Positions 18,016 through 26,864 are shown, counted from the stretch's first letter. The stretch is DNA of 38,851 bases from a virus (IMGVR_UViG_3300014208_000079:1-38851), one strand, 5' to 3'. Notes: a model not told the origin generated them from the letters alone. Numbers and translations are program-made.

Positions 18016-18126
18016 TTAAACTAAATATTTAAGAGAGTTTCTGATTTGATTGACCTGGCTCACTCTTTTGGCCGGTCTTTTTGACATTTTCTTTTTCCCG
18101 CCTAAACGGGTATTGTTTTTTTTCAT
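18016..18126 (-). CDS. 36-aa very basic peptide (not in ORF track)
   Basis: MKKNNTRLGGKKKMSKRPAKRVSQVNQIRNSLKYLV*; first ORF downstream of element B. Confidence 0.5.
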   Translation of the reverse strand: MKKNNTRLGGKKKMSKRPAKRVSQVNQIRNSLKYLV

Positions 18127-18185
18127 GTTTAGCCTGATAAACTAGTAATTCGTACAATCTAAAAGTCATATGAAGTTTTAAAGCC

Positions 18186-18344
18186 AAAAAAAAATCCACC
18201 TGGCAAGTAGATTTTTATACTCTACTCCCTACAGTGGTTTACAGAGGTTGACGTTGCTTATTAAGCTCGCCTACCCTCAAAACAATATAGTCTTACCTAT
18301 ATTAATTACATCATACAGTATCAGTTTTCTATTTTCAACTCGAT
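18186..18344 (-). promoter_or_regulatory. Late promoter, structured leader and terminator (element B)
   Basis: TTGAAA (18333-38)-17nt-TATGAT (18310-15); hairpins AATATAG/CTATATT and GAGGGT..ACCTC; terminator AATCTACTT GCC AGGTGGATT plus T tract. Confidence 0.75.
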
Positions 18345-19000
18345 TTGTATTTTGCTCTAATTAAGTCAGCTTCGATCCGTATCTGGCGACGGGCTCTGTT
18401 TGAGTCCTGGTCCGGATGACAGGTATAGTCGATAAGACATTCGTCAATATAAGCATAGTCCGGATATATTTTCATTACTCTTAACCAATAATCATAATCT
18501 TGGACTAAAGAATAAGCCGGATCAAAGTCACCTACTTTCAAATAAACCTCTTTTGTCCAAAATACGGCGGGTAGTGGTATAAAATTGTGTCCTTTAAGAG
18601 TATTTAAATCTCCTCTTTGGCCCATTTCACCCAATAGCTCTCTTTTTAGATTGACTTTCATCACTTTTCCAAATAACCATTTTTTATCACCTAAATTGTC
18701 AATTACTTTCTGTAAACAATCAGGGTGCATAATATCATCATCAGCCTGAACATTAAATATATCTCCGGCACCTATTTGCATTCCCATATTACCTACTTGA
18801 AATCCTTGCCTGTCAACACAATACATGTATGTTATTCTTTTGTCCTTGAGTAGATCTCGAATAGTATCAATTCCTTTACCTTCTCCTTGTTCATTAATAA
18901 TTAATTGCCAGTCGGTATAAGTTTGATTAACAATCGCTTCAACTGCTCTCCGAATTAAGTGTGGCCGGTTCCACGTGCCCATTATAATAGTAAATTTCAT
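18335..19000 (-). CDS. Glycosyltransferase family 2
   Basis: FTIIMGTWNR, SI/AIVNQTY-type motif, ADDD (DxD), QDYDYWLR. Confidence 0.9.
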   Translation of the reverse strand: MKFTIIMGTWNRPHLIRRAVEAIVNQTYTDWQLIINEQGEGKGIDTIRDLLKDKRITYMYCVDRQGFQVGNMGMQIGAGDIFNVQADDDIMHPDCLQKVIDNLGDKKWLFGKVMKVNLKRELLGEMGQRGDLNTLKGHNFIPLPAVFWTKEVYLKVGDFDPAYSLVQDYDYWLRVMKIYPDYAYIDECLIDYTCHPDQDSNRARRQIRIEADLIRAKYKSS

Positions 19001-19896
19001 ATATGTTGTTTATAAAGTTTGATTAATTTGGTTCCTATATCCTCCCAACTAGGAACATGATCAGTATTTCTTGGTTTGTCCCAGGCGTTTGTAATAGCCT
19101 CCATTAATTCTTCAATATTTTTAGGATTAACTACTATTGAAGATGGAAGTAAGTCATTTCCTCGATTATAAACACTGTCAACTATAGGAAGACCACAATT
19201 AGCCGCTTCAAGCACCCCTAGAGATTGTCTTTCAGTTAAAGATGGACAAACATATAGTCGGCTTCTTTTAAGAATATTAGCAACTTCCTTTTCTGTAATA
19301 TTTTCAAAATATTCGTCAAACATGGGTATTAATTTATAAGCTTCGGGGTCATTAGAATCAGAAGATATATATCGAAGTTTTTTACCTAATCGTTTACACG
19401 CTTCAATTAAATATTGCGGTCCCTTCATTTGCTGTAGTCGACCTATTGAGACAATAAAATCATCACGTTTTGTATCGTCTTTATAAAAAACCTCTTTATT
19501 TACTCCATTTGAGATAATTGAAATTAAATTAGGATCACAATGAAGTAAATCAATCATTTCCTGTCTCTCTGCGGTTGATAATGCTATTGTTTGGAGCGAA
19601 TTATCAATAAATCCCTTCATTTCCATGAATGAAACACCGTATTCTTTTGGAAAAAAGATAGAAGAAATAAAGTAGGGTTTTCTAGCAGATATTAATCTAG
19701 TGCAGATGTCTTTTGTCCACTTGAAGTTTACGTGAAAAACGTGAACGAAGTTAAAATTATCAAAAGAGATATTAGGATCGCATGAATATTCACAATCTAC
19801 TCCAAGCTTTTGAAGAATAGTCATGGTATTTTCAACTTGAACGGCGTCACCACCCTTCCAAGCGTCATGGTTTCGGTTGTACAGTAGTATTTTCAT
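18997..19896 (-). CDS. Glycosyltransferase family 4 (GT-B)
   Basis: GGD, IISNGV, IGRL..MKG and PSLTE..SLGVLEAANCGLP motifs. Confidence 0.9.
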   Translation of the reverse strand: MKILLYNRNHDAWKGGDAVQVENTMTILQKLGVDCEYSCDPNISFDNFNFVHVFHVNFKWTKDICTRLISARKPYFISSIFFPKEYGVSFMEMKGFIDNSLQTIALSTAERQEMIDLLHCDPNLISIISNGVNKEVFYKDDTKRDDFIVSIGRLQQMKGPQYLIEACKRLGKKLRYISSDSNDPEAYKLIPMFDEYFENITEKEVANILKRSRLYVCPSLTERQSLGVLEAANCGLPIVDSVYNRGNDLLPSSIVVNPKNIEELMEAITNAWDKPRNTDHVPSWEDIGTKLIKLYKQHI

Positions 19897-20998
19897 AAGC
19901 TCCGATTACTCCATTTAAGAAATTAGCCCAATCAACTGTTATTTCATTAATGTCTCTATTCTTTTTGACATATTCATACGCATTATTTCCAATAGTTAGC
20001 CTTTTTATAGGGTCTTTAATTAGTTCAACCAATTGATCATAAAATTCCTGTACGTTTTTGTACAACATACCATTATGGTTGTGCCTAATATCGTCAGTAT
20101 ACGGAGGTATATTTCGACCAATTATAGGTACACTTAACGCTCCAAACTCATAAAACCTAATACTTGATTTATGATAGTTAAAAGTAATATCTTTCAGAGG
20201 AGCAATACCAATGTCAGCGTTAACACACGCCATTCTATATCCGTGTCCATCAGCCATAATCCAGTCAGCAGTATGAACCCTATCTTTTGGAAGGTAATTA
20301 ATTATCGCTTCAAAAGGTACGCCATAAAAATAGAAATGAGTGTTTGGATATTCTCTCATCACCTGGCCCAATACCGGTGCTATCTCGATTAAATCCGGAA
20401 AATGACTACTTCCACCCATAAAACAAATTCGTATTTCGTCTTTAGTTTTTTCAGCTTTAACTTTTGGAAAAATATCAAAATCTATTGAGTTGGGAATTAT
20501 AACAACATTTTTATTAAATTTTTCTGCGTAGTTTTTAAGTTGAAAGGTTGTGACAATAACTGCCGTAGCTTTCTTTAATATTTGATGATAATTATCCAAA
20601 CGTTTTTGATTAGCTTTAATTGAAAAACCATCTTCTCCGTCTTTCCATAAATATTTACCGTTACTCATTTTAACTTCTTTAGTTCCATAGACTAAATAAA
20701 AGTCGGACAAAGGATCTACTGTATCATAATTATCATCAATATCAAGAATAACCGGCTTCCCTAGTTTAAAGACGTTTATATCATCAAGTAGTTGATAGGC
20801 GGTCCCGTCACTCAATCTACACAAAAAAGCATCGGTTTTATTAAGCGCTTCTGTTAGTTGATCAACGGATAGTGAATTAATTTCAAGAAAGCGAGCGTCA
20901 AGAAGTTTCTTTTTGCGAGCAATGAGAGCAAATTGTTTTAATCTATACCATGTGCATCCGTCCATTCCGTCAGGACGCATTATTATAACCTTTTTCAT
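19865..20998 (-). CDS. Glycosyltransferase (GT4-like, GT-B)
   Basis: GCTWYRL, DIDD, IIPNSID and DIGIAPL...FN..KS.IRFYE motifs. Confidence 0.9.
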   Translation of the reverse strand: MKKVIIMRPDGMDGCTWYRLKQFALIARKKKLLDARFLEINSLSVDQLTEALNKTDAFLCRLSDGTAYQLLDDINVFKLGKPVILDIDDNYDTVDPLSDFYLVYGTKEVKMSNGKYLWKDGEDGFSIKANQKRLDNYHQILKKATAVIVTTFQLKNYAEKFNKNVVIIPNSIDFDIFPKVKAEKTKDEIRICFMGGSSHFPDLIEIAPVLGQVMREYPNTHFYFYGVPFEAIINYLPKDRVHTADWIMADGHGYRMACVNADIGIAPLKDITFNYHKSSIRFYEFGALSVPIIGRNIPPYTDDIRHNHNGMLYKNVQEFYDQLVELIKDPIKRLTIGNNAYEYVKKNRDINEITVDWANFLNGVIGAYENTTVQPKP

Positions 20999-21300
20999 AG
21001 TTTATGTCGTTCAATTACTCTCCATTCTGGAGCAATTTTATTAAAGAATTCCTTATCTTTCCAATATTCTTCTCCATATATCTTTGAAAAGAATCGGTCA
21101 ACCTCAAGAGGAACCCAGGCAATCTTTCTCATGGATTTAGATTTATTTCCATGATCATAAGTACCATATTTTTTAGCGTCATTAATAACTTTAAAAGCAT
21201 CTTTGGAGTTATAAATATCAATAACTTCCTGTCTTCGTTTTTTATTAATGCCTTCCGATATTTGTTGAATTGCTTTATCGAAATCTGTTTGTAAATCCAT
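20995..21300 (-). CDS. Hypothetical protein
   Basis: 101 aa between the capsid gene and the glycosyltransferases; SMRKIAWVP motif. Confidence 0.7.
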   Translation of the reverse strand: MDLQTDFDKAIQQISEGINKKRRQEVIDIYNSKDAFKVINDAKKYGTYDHGNKSKSMRKIAWVPLEVDRFFSKIYGEEYWKDKEFFNKIAPEWRVIERHKL

Positions 21301-21343
21301 ATTGATTCGAGAAGTGGAATTTCTTCCACTCCTCTAGATCAAT
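21301..21343 (-). promoter_or_regulatory. Stable hairpin between the capsid gene and the downstream gene, abutting its ATG
   Basis: ATTGAT..GAGGAGTGGAA GAAA TTCCACTTCTC..ATCAAT with no U tract. Confidence 0.6.
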
Positions 21344-21352
21344 ACTTGAGGG

Positions 21353-22246
21353 TTAGCTCAAATCTGTGATCGAACCGTTTCCGGCTTCCTGTCTAGCTTC
21401 GAGTGTCAATTCTGTTTCTATGACCATTCTCTTAGCAGATCCTACCACCGCAACGTCAATCTTTTCAGTCGGTCTATAAATAGCGACTTTCCATAGATTT
21501 TCATCTAGGATATGAACCGTGTCAGTAGGTAGTCTTCGGTGAGGATATATTTTGATTCGACCAAAGTCGGAATCATAAACATCTACACCTGTAACTATTT
21601 CCTTAGTCGAAGCTTCTACACTTTTGGTAGCACTACCCGTAAAGGTTGAGATTGCTCTCTTTTGAGTACCATTAGCATAAGCTGACTTTGGACTTCCGCC
21701 CGCTTCCCAGATATCTTGTAAATTATCGTTAAACATGTCTTCAGTTAAGGCTTCTGAGCCTGTTCCTGTTCCTGTTTCGACGTTAGTCGTAATCCAAGAA
21801 TCGACACCTTTTAACAATCTACCAGTACCTGTAGCACCGGAATTACCCGTACCAGAAACTAGGGCTTTTTCTATTTTGATAGCATGTTCTTTCATTTTCT
21901 TAGCTACCTGATAGGTGAATTCGTTATCGATTCCTGCAGCGTCAGCCGCCATTTGAGATCGTGAAACCTCAACTGGTGTGACAAAGATCTGAGTATCGTT
22001 TGATAAACGAGTTCTTGCACCTGGTTTACTGAATGAATAATCGGCGCCTTCAATGTGACCTGAATTTGCTGGATCGTCCAACGAATCGGTCAACCATGAA
22101 TGGAGCGTATTAGAAGCTTTTGATTTACCAAATTTAGAAAGGTAAGGAGTTTCCTCTGGAGAAATGTTTGTTACAACATTTAACAGGGATTCTTTATTTC
22201 CTACACCATTTTCCTCATAGGTAAGTTTAGCTGTTGATTGTGCCAT
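21353..22246 (-). CDS. Major capsid protein (DUF5309/SU10-like)
   Basis: NISPEETP, HSWLTDSL, IEGAD, N.TQIF, VYDSDFG motifs; follows the scaffold gene. Confidence 0.9.
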   Translation of the reverse strand: MAQSTAKLTYEENGVGNKESLLNVVTNISPEETPYLSKFGKSKASNTLHSWLTDSLDDPANSGHIEGADYSFSKPGARTRLSNDTQIFVTPVEVSRSQMAADAAGIDNEFTYQVAKKMKEHAIKIEKALVSGTGNSGATGTGRLLKGVDSWITTNVETGTGTGSEALTEDMFNDNLQDIWEAGGSPKSAYANGTQKRAISTFTGSATKSVEASTKEIVTGVDVYDSDFGRIKIYPHRRLPTDTVHILDENLWKVAIYRPTEKIDVAVVGSAKRMVIETELTLEARQEAGNGSITDLS

Positions 22247-22280
22247 GTGAATTTATAAAAGTGCGTTAGTATCCGAATCC

Positions 22281-23099
22281 TTATAGTAACTTTTTCAAAT
22301 GTTCAGCCCAACTCTCAGTTGTACCTGATTCCTTAGCTGCTTCAAATGAACTGTTAAACTCTTCGTTTCCGGTCTTATCGCCCTGTGAAGATGGACGTAT
22401 TGCCGATTCTTGTCCCGTTTGAGACAATTTTCCCGAAACGTTAGCTGTTGCTTTTGCTATTTGTGCATCCAGTAATTTCTTCTGTTTTGCATAAATATCT
22501 GACATTTTTACCCGTGGGACAAATTCTTCCTTTCCTGTGAAAGGATTCACCTGATAATTAGCCAATTTATATTGCTCTGCAACTGTCTCATCCATTGCAT
22601 CATCGCCCTTCAAAAGTTCAGCAGTTTTATCTGCGTCTGCTAGATGATCTTTGATCGTGTCTTTAAATTGAGTTTCAGCAGCTATCTCGTTTTTAATACT
22701 TTGTCTCAAGGACATCTCTCGAGCTTGCTGTCTTCTTTCCAATTCAACTGGATCAATACCACCATCTGCTATTTCGTTGGGATTAATTAAAGGTTGATTA
22801 GGGTTTAATCCAAGAATCTCGTTTATATCTGGAGCAACTCCATTAGTTTGATTCTGGTCCTTTTCCTTTAACTTTCCGATGAGTTTTTGGACTCGCCTTT
22901 CGTATCTTGTAGGCTTATTTCCATCTTCGGAATTATTAACTTGTTCTTCCTTTTTTTCTGGAGTGGAATTCTCCGCAGTCTGTTGACTTTCAACATTGGT
23001 TTGATCAACCTTTGTCTCTACTTCTGAGTTGGCTCTGGACTCAACGCTGTTAGACTCGGCAGCGGGTGTTTGTTCTACGCCATTTTTTTGGTCATCCAT
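22281..23099 (-). CDS. Capsid scaffolding protein
   Basis: Acidic low-complexity N-terminus, coiled coil, position directly before the major capsid gene. Confidence 0.8.
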   Translation of the reverse strand: MDDQKNGVEQTPAAESNSVESRANSEVETKVDQTNVESQQTAENSTPEKKEEQVNNSEDGNKPTRYERRVQKLIGKLKEKDQNQTNGVAPDINEILGLNPNQPLINPNEIADGGIDPVELERRQQAREMSLRQSIKNEIAAETQFKDTIKDHLADADKTAELLKGDDAMDETVAEQYKLANYQVNPFTGKEEFVPRVKMSDIYAKQKKLLDAQIAKATANVSGKLSQTGQESAIRPSSQGDKTGNEEFNSSFEAAKESGTTESWAEHLKKLL

Positions 23100-23172
23100 A
23101 CAAAATTAGACCTAATTATTAACAGACCACTTTAAGTTGGGTCGACCGCACTAAAGCTTATTACTGATCGGG

Positions 23173-23226
23173 TAAAGAGCTTACAATGATCGGCTTCCGT
23201 ATAAACCGGCCATTGTCAGACCTTTA
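23173..23226 (-). promoter_or_regulatory. Long hairpin in the scaffold gene leader
   Basis: ACAATGGCCGGTTT pairs with AAGCCGATCATTGT, extended by TAAAG/CTTTA. Confidence 0.55.
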
Positions 23227-23310
23227 TCAAATATTTTGTCTAGAACTCTGTCAGTAAATCTTTTATTTCGTTTACTTCCTGAAATATGAGATCTGTGAGT
23301 TGACCTGTAT

Positions 23311-23583
23311 TTACTTCTTTGAATTTTCATGTTTAGTAATTATTGGGTTACCTTCTTTATCTATACCCGTTAATCTTTCTTCTCCTGAAATTCTAAAACC
23401 ATGAGGATTTTCACAAGATTTGCAAATAATCCATCCACCTTTTTGTCTCCAGGTGTGCCTTACACTTTTAGCTTTTTCTACTGCTCTTCTTCGTATTTCC
23501 TCAATTTGTTCATCAGTTATAAAAGCAATTGGCTCATCCTTCTGTTTGTTTTCCTGCTTCTCGGATTGTTTGTGCATAAGCAT
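23311..23583 (-). CDS. Small Zn-ribbon-like protein
   Basis: HTWRQKG..IICKSCENPHG motif; the true start may be downstream. Confidence 0.65.
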   Translation of the reverse strand: MLMHKQSEKQENKQKDEPIAFITDEQIEEIRRRAVEKAKSVRHTWRQKGGWIICKSCENPHGFRISGEERLTGIDKEGNPIITKHENSKK

Positions 23584-23875
23584 CTGGTCGCATCATCATT
23601 TCTGTCAACTTAGCGATAATTGCCCTACAGGCTAAATATTTAAATCCAATAGTTGTCACGTCCAATCCTTGAAGATCATCACCTTGCATTTTATTAATAT
23701 TTTCAATTTCTTTTTCAAATTCTTTTTTATAAGCTTCCCACCTCGGATCTCCTGAAAGCGCTGCAACCTGACTTTGCTCTTCTGTTGCTATTTCCAATTC
23801 GCTCTTAGGTTCAATTATTCTTTTAAAAGTATTAAAAACCGGACTAGCTGCCGGAGGAACTGCGCTATCATTCAT
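23534..23875 (-). CDS. Hypothetical protein (portal-adjacent)
   Basis: 113-aa ORF 4 nt after the portal stop; P.WE.YK motif. Confidence 0.7.
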   Translation of the reverse strand: MNDSAVPPAASPVFNTFKRIIEPKSELEIATEEQSQVAALSGDPRWEAYKKEFEKEIENINKMQGDDLQGLDVTTIGFKYLACRAIIAKLTEMMMRPDAYAQTIREAGKQTEG

Positions 23876-23879
23876 AAGT

Positions 23880-25913
23880 TTATTGTCTACCGCTTAATTC
23901 ATTTAAAATTTGTTGTGATTCCATTGATAAACCTTCGGCCATTCCATTAAAAGGTGGCTGTTCAAAATTTGTTGATTCTTGTGGCTGTTGTATTACTTGA
24001 CCTTGTGGCATTCCCTGAGGAGCCCCCATATTTGGTGCTCCAACTGAAGGCATTCCAGGTGAAGGAGGTAACCCACCCTCTTGACCACCCATTATTTGTT
24101 CTATACCTGGTCCAGTCGGCTGTTGGCCTGGGATCATTTGACCTGGTTGAGCTTGTGAAGCTTTCATAGCTTCCTCTGCCTGAATCTGTTGTAATTCTTC
24201 CGGTTGTAATTCTGAAACTATTTCTTCCGGATCTTGAATACCTGACGTTGATACAAATTTCTTTATGGTTTGTGCAATATCTATTTTCTTATTACCCATG
24301 ATTACAAATCCTTTTGCCATAGCCTGTTCCATAGCTCCTGGGAATTTAGCAACAGTCGCTAAAATAGTGTCTAGTGTTTGATTCTCAATAGCCTGATCCT
24401 TTTTAACTGTTGAAGATGGATCAATAAAGAATTTATATTTAACCGTTTTATCTTTATCTTTCAAAAATTCCGGTTTAATCGTAACTTCGCCGTAATTACC
24501 TGATTCAAACATTTCGGTTAGATCCGGATTGTATTTTTGTATTGATTCAAGTTCTTTTTTAAACAAATTCATCTTAATCGGTTTTTCTTGTTTTGTTGCA
24601 ATAAGGTTAACCATCTTATCAAACACTTTACCCATTGATTCGTCCATCATTTTCTGATCAAAATTACTTCTGGCCTGGTCAAAAGCCGCTTGCATCTTTA
24701 ATGCTTGAGGAGATTTACCCATTCCTGCAGCAAAATCTTCACCTGAAGTAGTATCAGTCGTCCCTGCTGCGTTTAATAATGCTCCTTTTAAGAATGAATA
24801 GGTAGCTTGGAATGAATTAATTCCTTGTGGACTTCGTGTATGCTCTGTTATAGCATTAACATTCATGTTTTTCAAAACCCACTTAGCTCCTGGTTCGTCG
24901 GCAATTGTGGAGGCAACCAAATCAGGAAGATAGAGCTTAAGTGGTGGATGAAGAGACATCTTTATCCCTTGCAGGTACAACGCAATCAAAGAATTGATTG
25001 AGTTTTGAAGAGGGTTCAATCTCTCATATTCGCCCAGTCCATGATATCTATCAATTAATGGAAAACAGTGTTTAGAAACTATAGGTAATTCACCTTGAAT
25101 ACCTTTATTATCAATATCTCGAAGTGTTAGTTTTGTATCTCTTGAAAATGTAAACCAACGATCACCTTCATAGGTTGTGATGATCTCAATGTCATCAACT
25201 TCATCTTTACCAGTTCCAATTGTTGAATTGTTGTTTTTACTTTCATTATATGATTGAAGTTCACTATCTTCTTTTGGACCCTTTGTTTGTTCGAGTAATT
25301 TATCTATATTTTTCCACGTTTTTGTATCACGACTTAACAACCATTTTCTAGAAACGTTTGAAATAACAGAATAACGATCGCAGTCATCAATTGAAATTCT
25401 ATTCTTTTGAGGAATACCACGTCTTTTTGGAATTAAATACCAATCCGGACCAACATATTTATCAGTGACTACATAATCAACTAAAACATCATAAGTTCCG
25501 AAGAATAGTGAGTAAAATTCCCACATCCAGGCTTTTGTGAACATGTCATGTTGAGTTTTGGCGTTAGGAATAACATATTTACGAAGAATAAGGTCCATTG
25601 CAATGTTTTTACCTGCGTCTGCTTTGGTTATAGCTTGAACTTTACCTGTAGGAAGTTGACCGATTGTTGCGTTGGTTCTTTTAATGATAGCCGTGTGCAT
25701 TGACATATCATTAATTTTTGATCCTGACTTATTTGAAGTATATGAGTCGACCGGCATACCAATAATTGATTTTTCTTTATCCTCCCATGAGGATCTTTCA
25801 ACTGAGAGGGCATCAAAATCGGCTTCAAAACGATCTATATAAGTTTTTGCAGTTGTATCTAATTTGCTACCTGAAGATTTAGCCTTGGTTGTAGTTTCTT
25901 TTTTGGATTTCAT
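23880..25913 (-). CDS. Portal protein (podoviral, P22-like)
   Basis: Size; YHGLGEYE.L.PLQ..IN, PGAKW; Q/P/G/M-rich C-terminal tail; lies between terminase and scaffold. Confidence 0.85.
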   Translation of the reverse strand: MKSKKETTTKAKSSGSKLDTTAKTYIDRFEADFDALSVERSSWEDKEKSIIGMPVDSYTSNKSGSKINDMSMHTAIIKRTNATIGQLPTGKVQAITKADAGKNIAMDLILRKYVIPNAKTQHDMFTKAWMWEFYSLFFGTYDVLVDYVVTDKYVGPDWYLIPKRRGIPQKNRISIDDCDRYSVISNVSRKWLLSRDTKTWKNIDKLLEQTKGPKEDSELQSYNESKNNNSTIGTGKDEVDDIEIITTYEGDRWFTFSRDTKLTLRDIDNKGIQGELPIVSKHCFPLIDRYHGLGEYERLNPLQNSINSLIALYLQGIKMSLHPPLKLYLPDLVASTIADEPGAKWVLKNMNVNAITEHTRSPQGINSFQATYSFLKGALLNAAGTTDTTSGEDFAAGMGKSPQALKMQAAFDQARSNFDQKMMDESMGKVFDKMVNLIATKQEKPIKMNLFKKELESIQKYNPDLTEMFESGNYGEVTIKPEFLKDKDKTVKYKFFIDPSSTVKKDQAIENQTLDTILATVAKFPGAMEQAMAKGFVIMGNKKIDIAQTIKKFVSTSGIQDPEEIVSELQPEELQQIQAEEAMKASQAQPGQMIPGQQPTGPGIEQIMGGQEGGLPPSPGMPSVGAPNMGAPQGMPQGQVIQQPQESTNFEQPPFNGMAEGLSMESQQILNELSGRQ

Positions 25914-25918
25914 AGCAT

Positions 25919-26054
25919 AAAAAAAGACACGCTATATGTTTGCGTGTCTATGGATCACTGACTTGCTAGGGTTTCTAGAACGTCAGAGATCAAGAACTAT
26001 AATGTAGTAACTACTTATAACTGTATCAGACTATTTCATCAATTTCAACTCGAT
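25919..26054 (-). promoter_or_regulatory. Late promoter, structured leader and terminator (element C, before portal)
   Basis: TTGAAA (26043-48)-17nt-TACAGT (26020-25); bulged hairpin GATC.CTGAC..CTAG AAACC CTAG CAA GTCAG.GATC; terminator AGACACGC/GCGTGTCT plus T tract. Confidence 0.75.
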
Positions 26055-26242
26055 ATTTTGTCGTCGAAGTTAAATTCCTTGTCCATGTTCCATGTCACAG
26101 TATTAATTAGACCTTTATGAATATCTAAAGTAAATTTTAAGTTTGTAGTTTCTTTATTGTCAAGGCTTAATTTTATCCTCTTTATTATTTCCCCCAGTGC
26201 CTTGAGGTTTTCGTTGGTTGAAGTATTTGATTTCTTTTCCAT
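26045..26242 (-). CDS. Small protein, possible C-terminal half of the upstream ORF
   Basis: LKFTLDIHKGLINTV beta pattern; overlaps the upstream ORF by 83 nt. Confidence 0.55.
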   Translation of the reverse strand: MEKKSNTSTNENLKALGEIIKRIKLSLDNKETTNLKFTLDIHKGLINTVTWNMDKEFNFDDKISS

Positions 26243-26447
26243 AAATTTTTAAATGGGTAATTCTTTTGTTATGTAGTCGGTAAGTAACATCAACTATTCC
26301 ATAGCCAATCTTCTCAAAAACAGCTTCCTGTCGAAGATAAACTTGAATATTTCTGTTTTTAAAACTATTAAATAGTTGATCTTGAATAGATTTGTCTAGT
26401 TCGTGTTTACAGTTGGGACAGGTCATAGTTATGTTCCAATTCTCCAA
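26160..26447 (-). CDS. Small protein with CxxC and a DUF2292/YezD-like segment
   Basis: CPNC; GYGIVDVTYRLHNKRIT pattern. Confidence 0.55.
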   Translation of the reverse strand: MENWNITMTCPNCKHELDKSIQDQLFNSFKNRNIQVYLRQEAVFEKIGYGIVDVTYRLHNKRITHLKIYGKEIKYFNQRKPQGTGGNNKEDKIKP

Positions 26448-26614
26448 TACGGAATGTAATATTTTTTAGCTAAAGTCAATATAAAATCATGCGTTTCTTT
26501 TGGGTTGCTGTTAATAAACCAGTCAGTCCAACCTTTATACCCTCTTTTAATTGCTTCTTTTTGACATTCTTTATCTATTTTTTTAGATATTGATTTTATT
26601 TGTTTGTCGTTCAT
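26429..26614 (-). CDS. Hypothetical protein
   Basis: 61-aa ORF in operon. Confidence 0.6.
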   Translation of the reverse strand: MNDKQIKSISKKIDKECQKEAIKRGYKGWTDWFINSNPKETHDFILTLAKKYYIPYWRIGT

Positions 26615-26618
26615 ATAT

Positions 26619-26864
26619 TTATCCCCAACACGCTTTCATCCAACAGCTAACGTGGTGCGAAACGTGTTTAGCTATTCCTTCTCGCTTTGAATTTTCAATC
26701 GCATTAGTATCAACTCTATTTGATCTGTCTATTTTTCCGTTTACATCACGAAGTATAGGAATAGCGCCACCACACTCAAAACAAGGCTTTCCATCCTGTG
26801 AGGGTAGATTATATTCCTCGTGATTGAAAAAAATCTGCATCGTGGCTTCAATTATTGGGTTCAT
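26619..26864 (-). CDS. Small Zn-binding protein
   Basis: CFECGG...HHVSCW motif. Confidence 0.65.
   Translation of the reverse strand: MNPIIEATMQIFFNHEEYNLPSQDGKPCFECGGAIPILRDVNGKIDRSNRVDTNAIENSKREGIAKHVSHHVSCWMKACWG

Noticed and set aside
18335-20998. Glycosyltransferases as a gtrABC serotype-conversion cassette or T4-type DNA glucosylation system
   Set aside because: No membrane flippase/GT-C partner and no hydroxymethylase or phage DNA polymerase; the placement is within the head operon.
23880-24200. Q/P/G/M low-complexity tail of the portal as a separate element
   Set aside because: Disordered C-terminal extensions are common in podoviral portals, and no exact DNA repeat is present.
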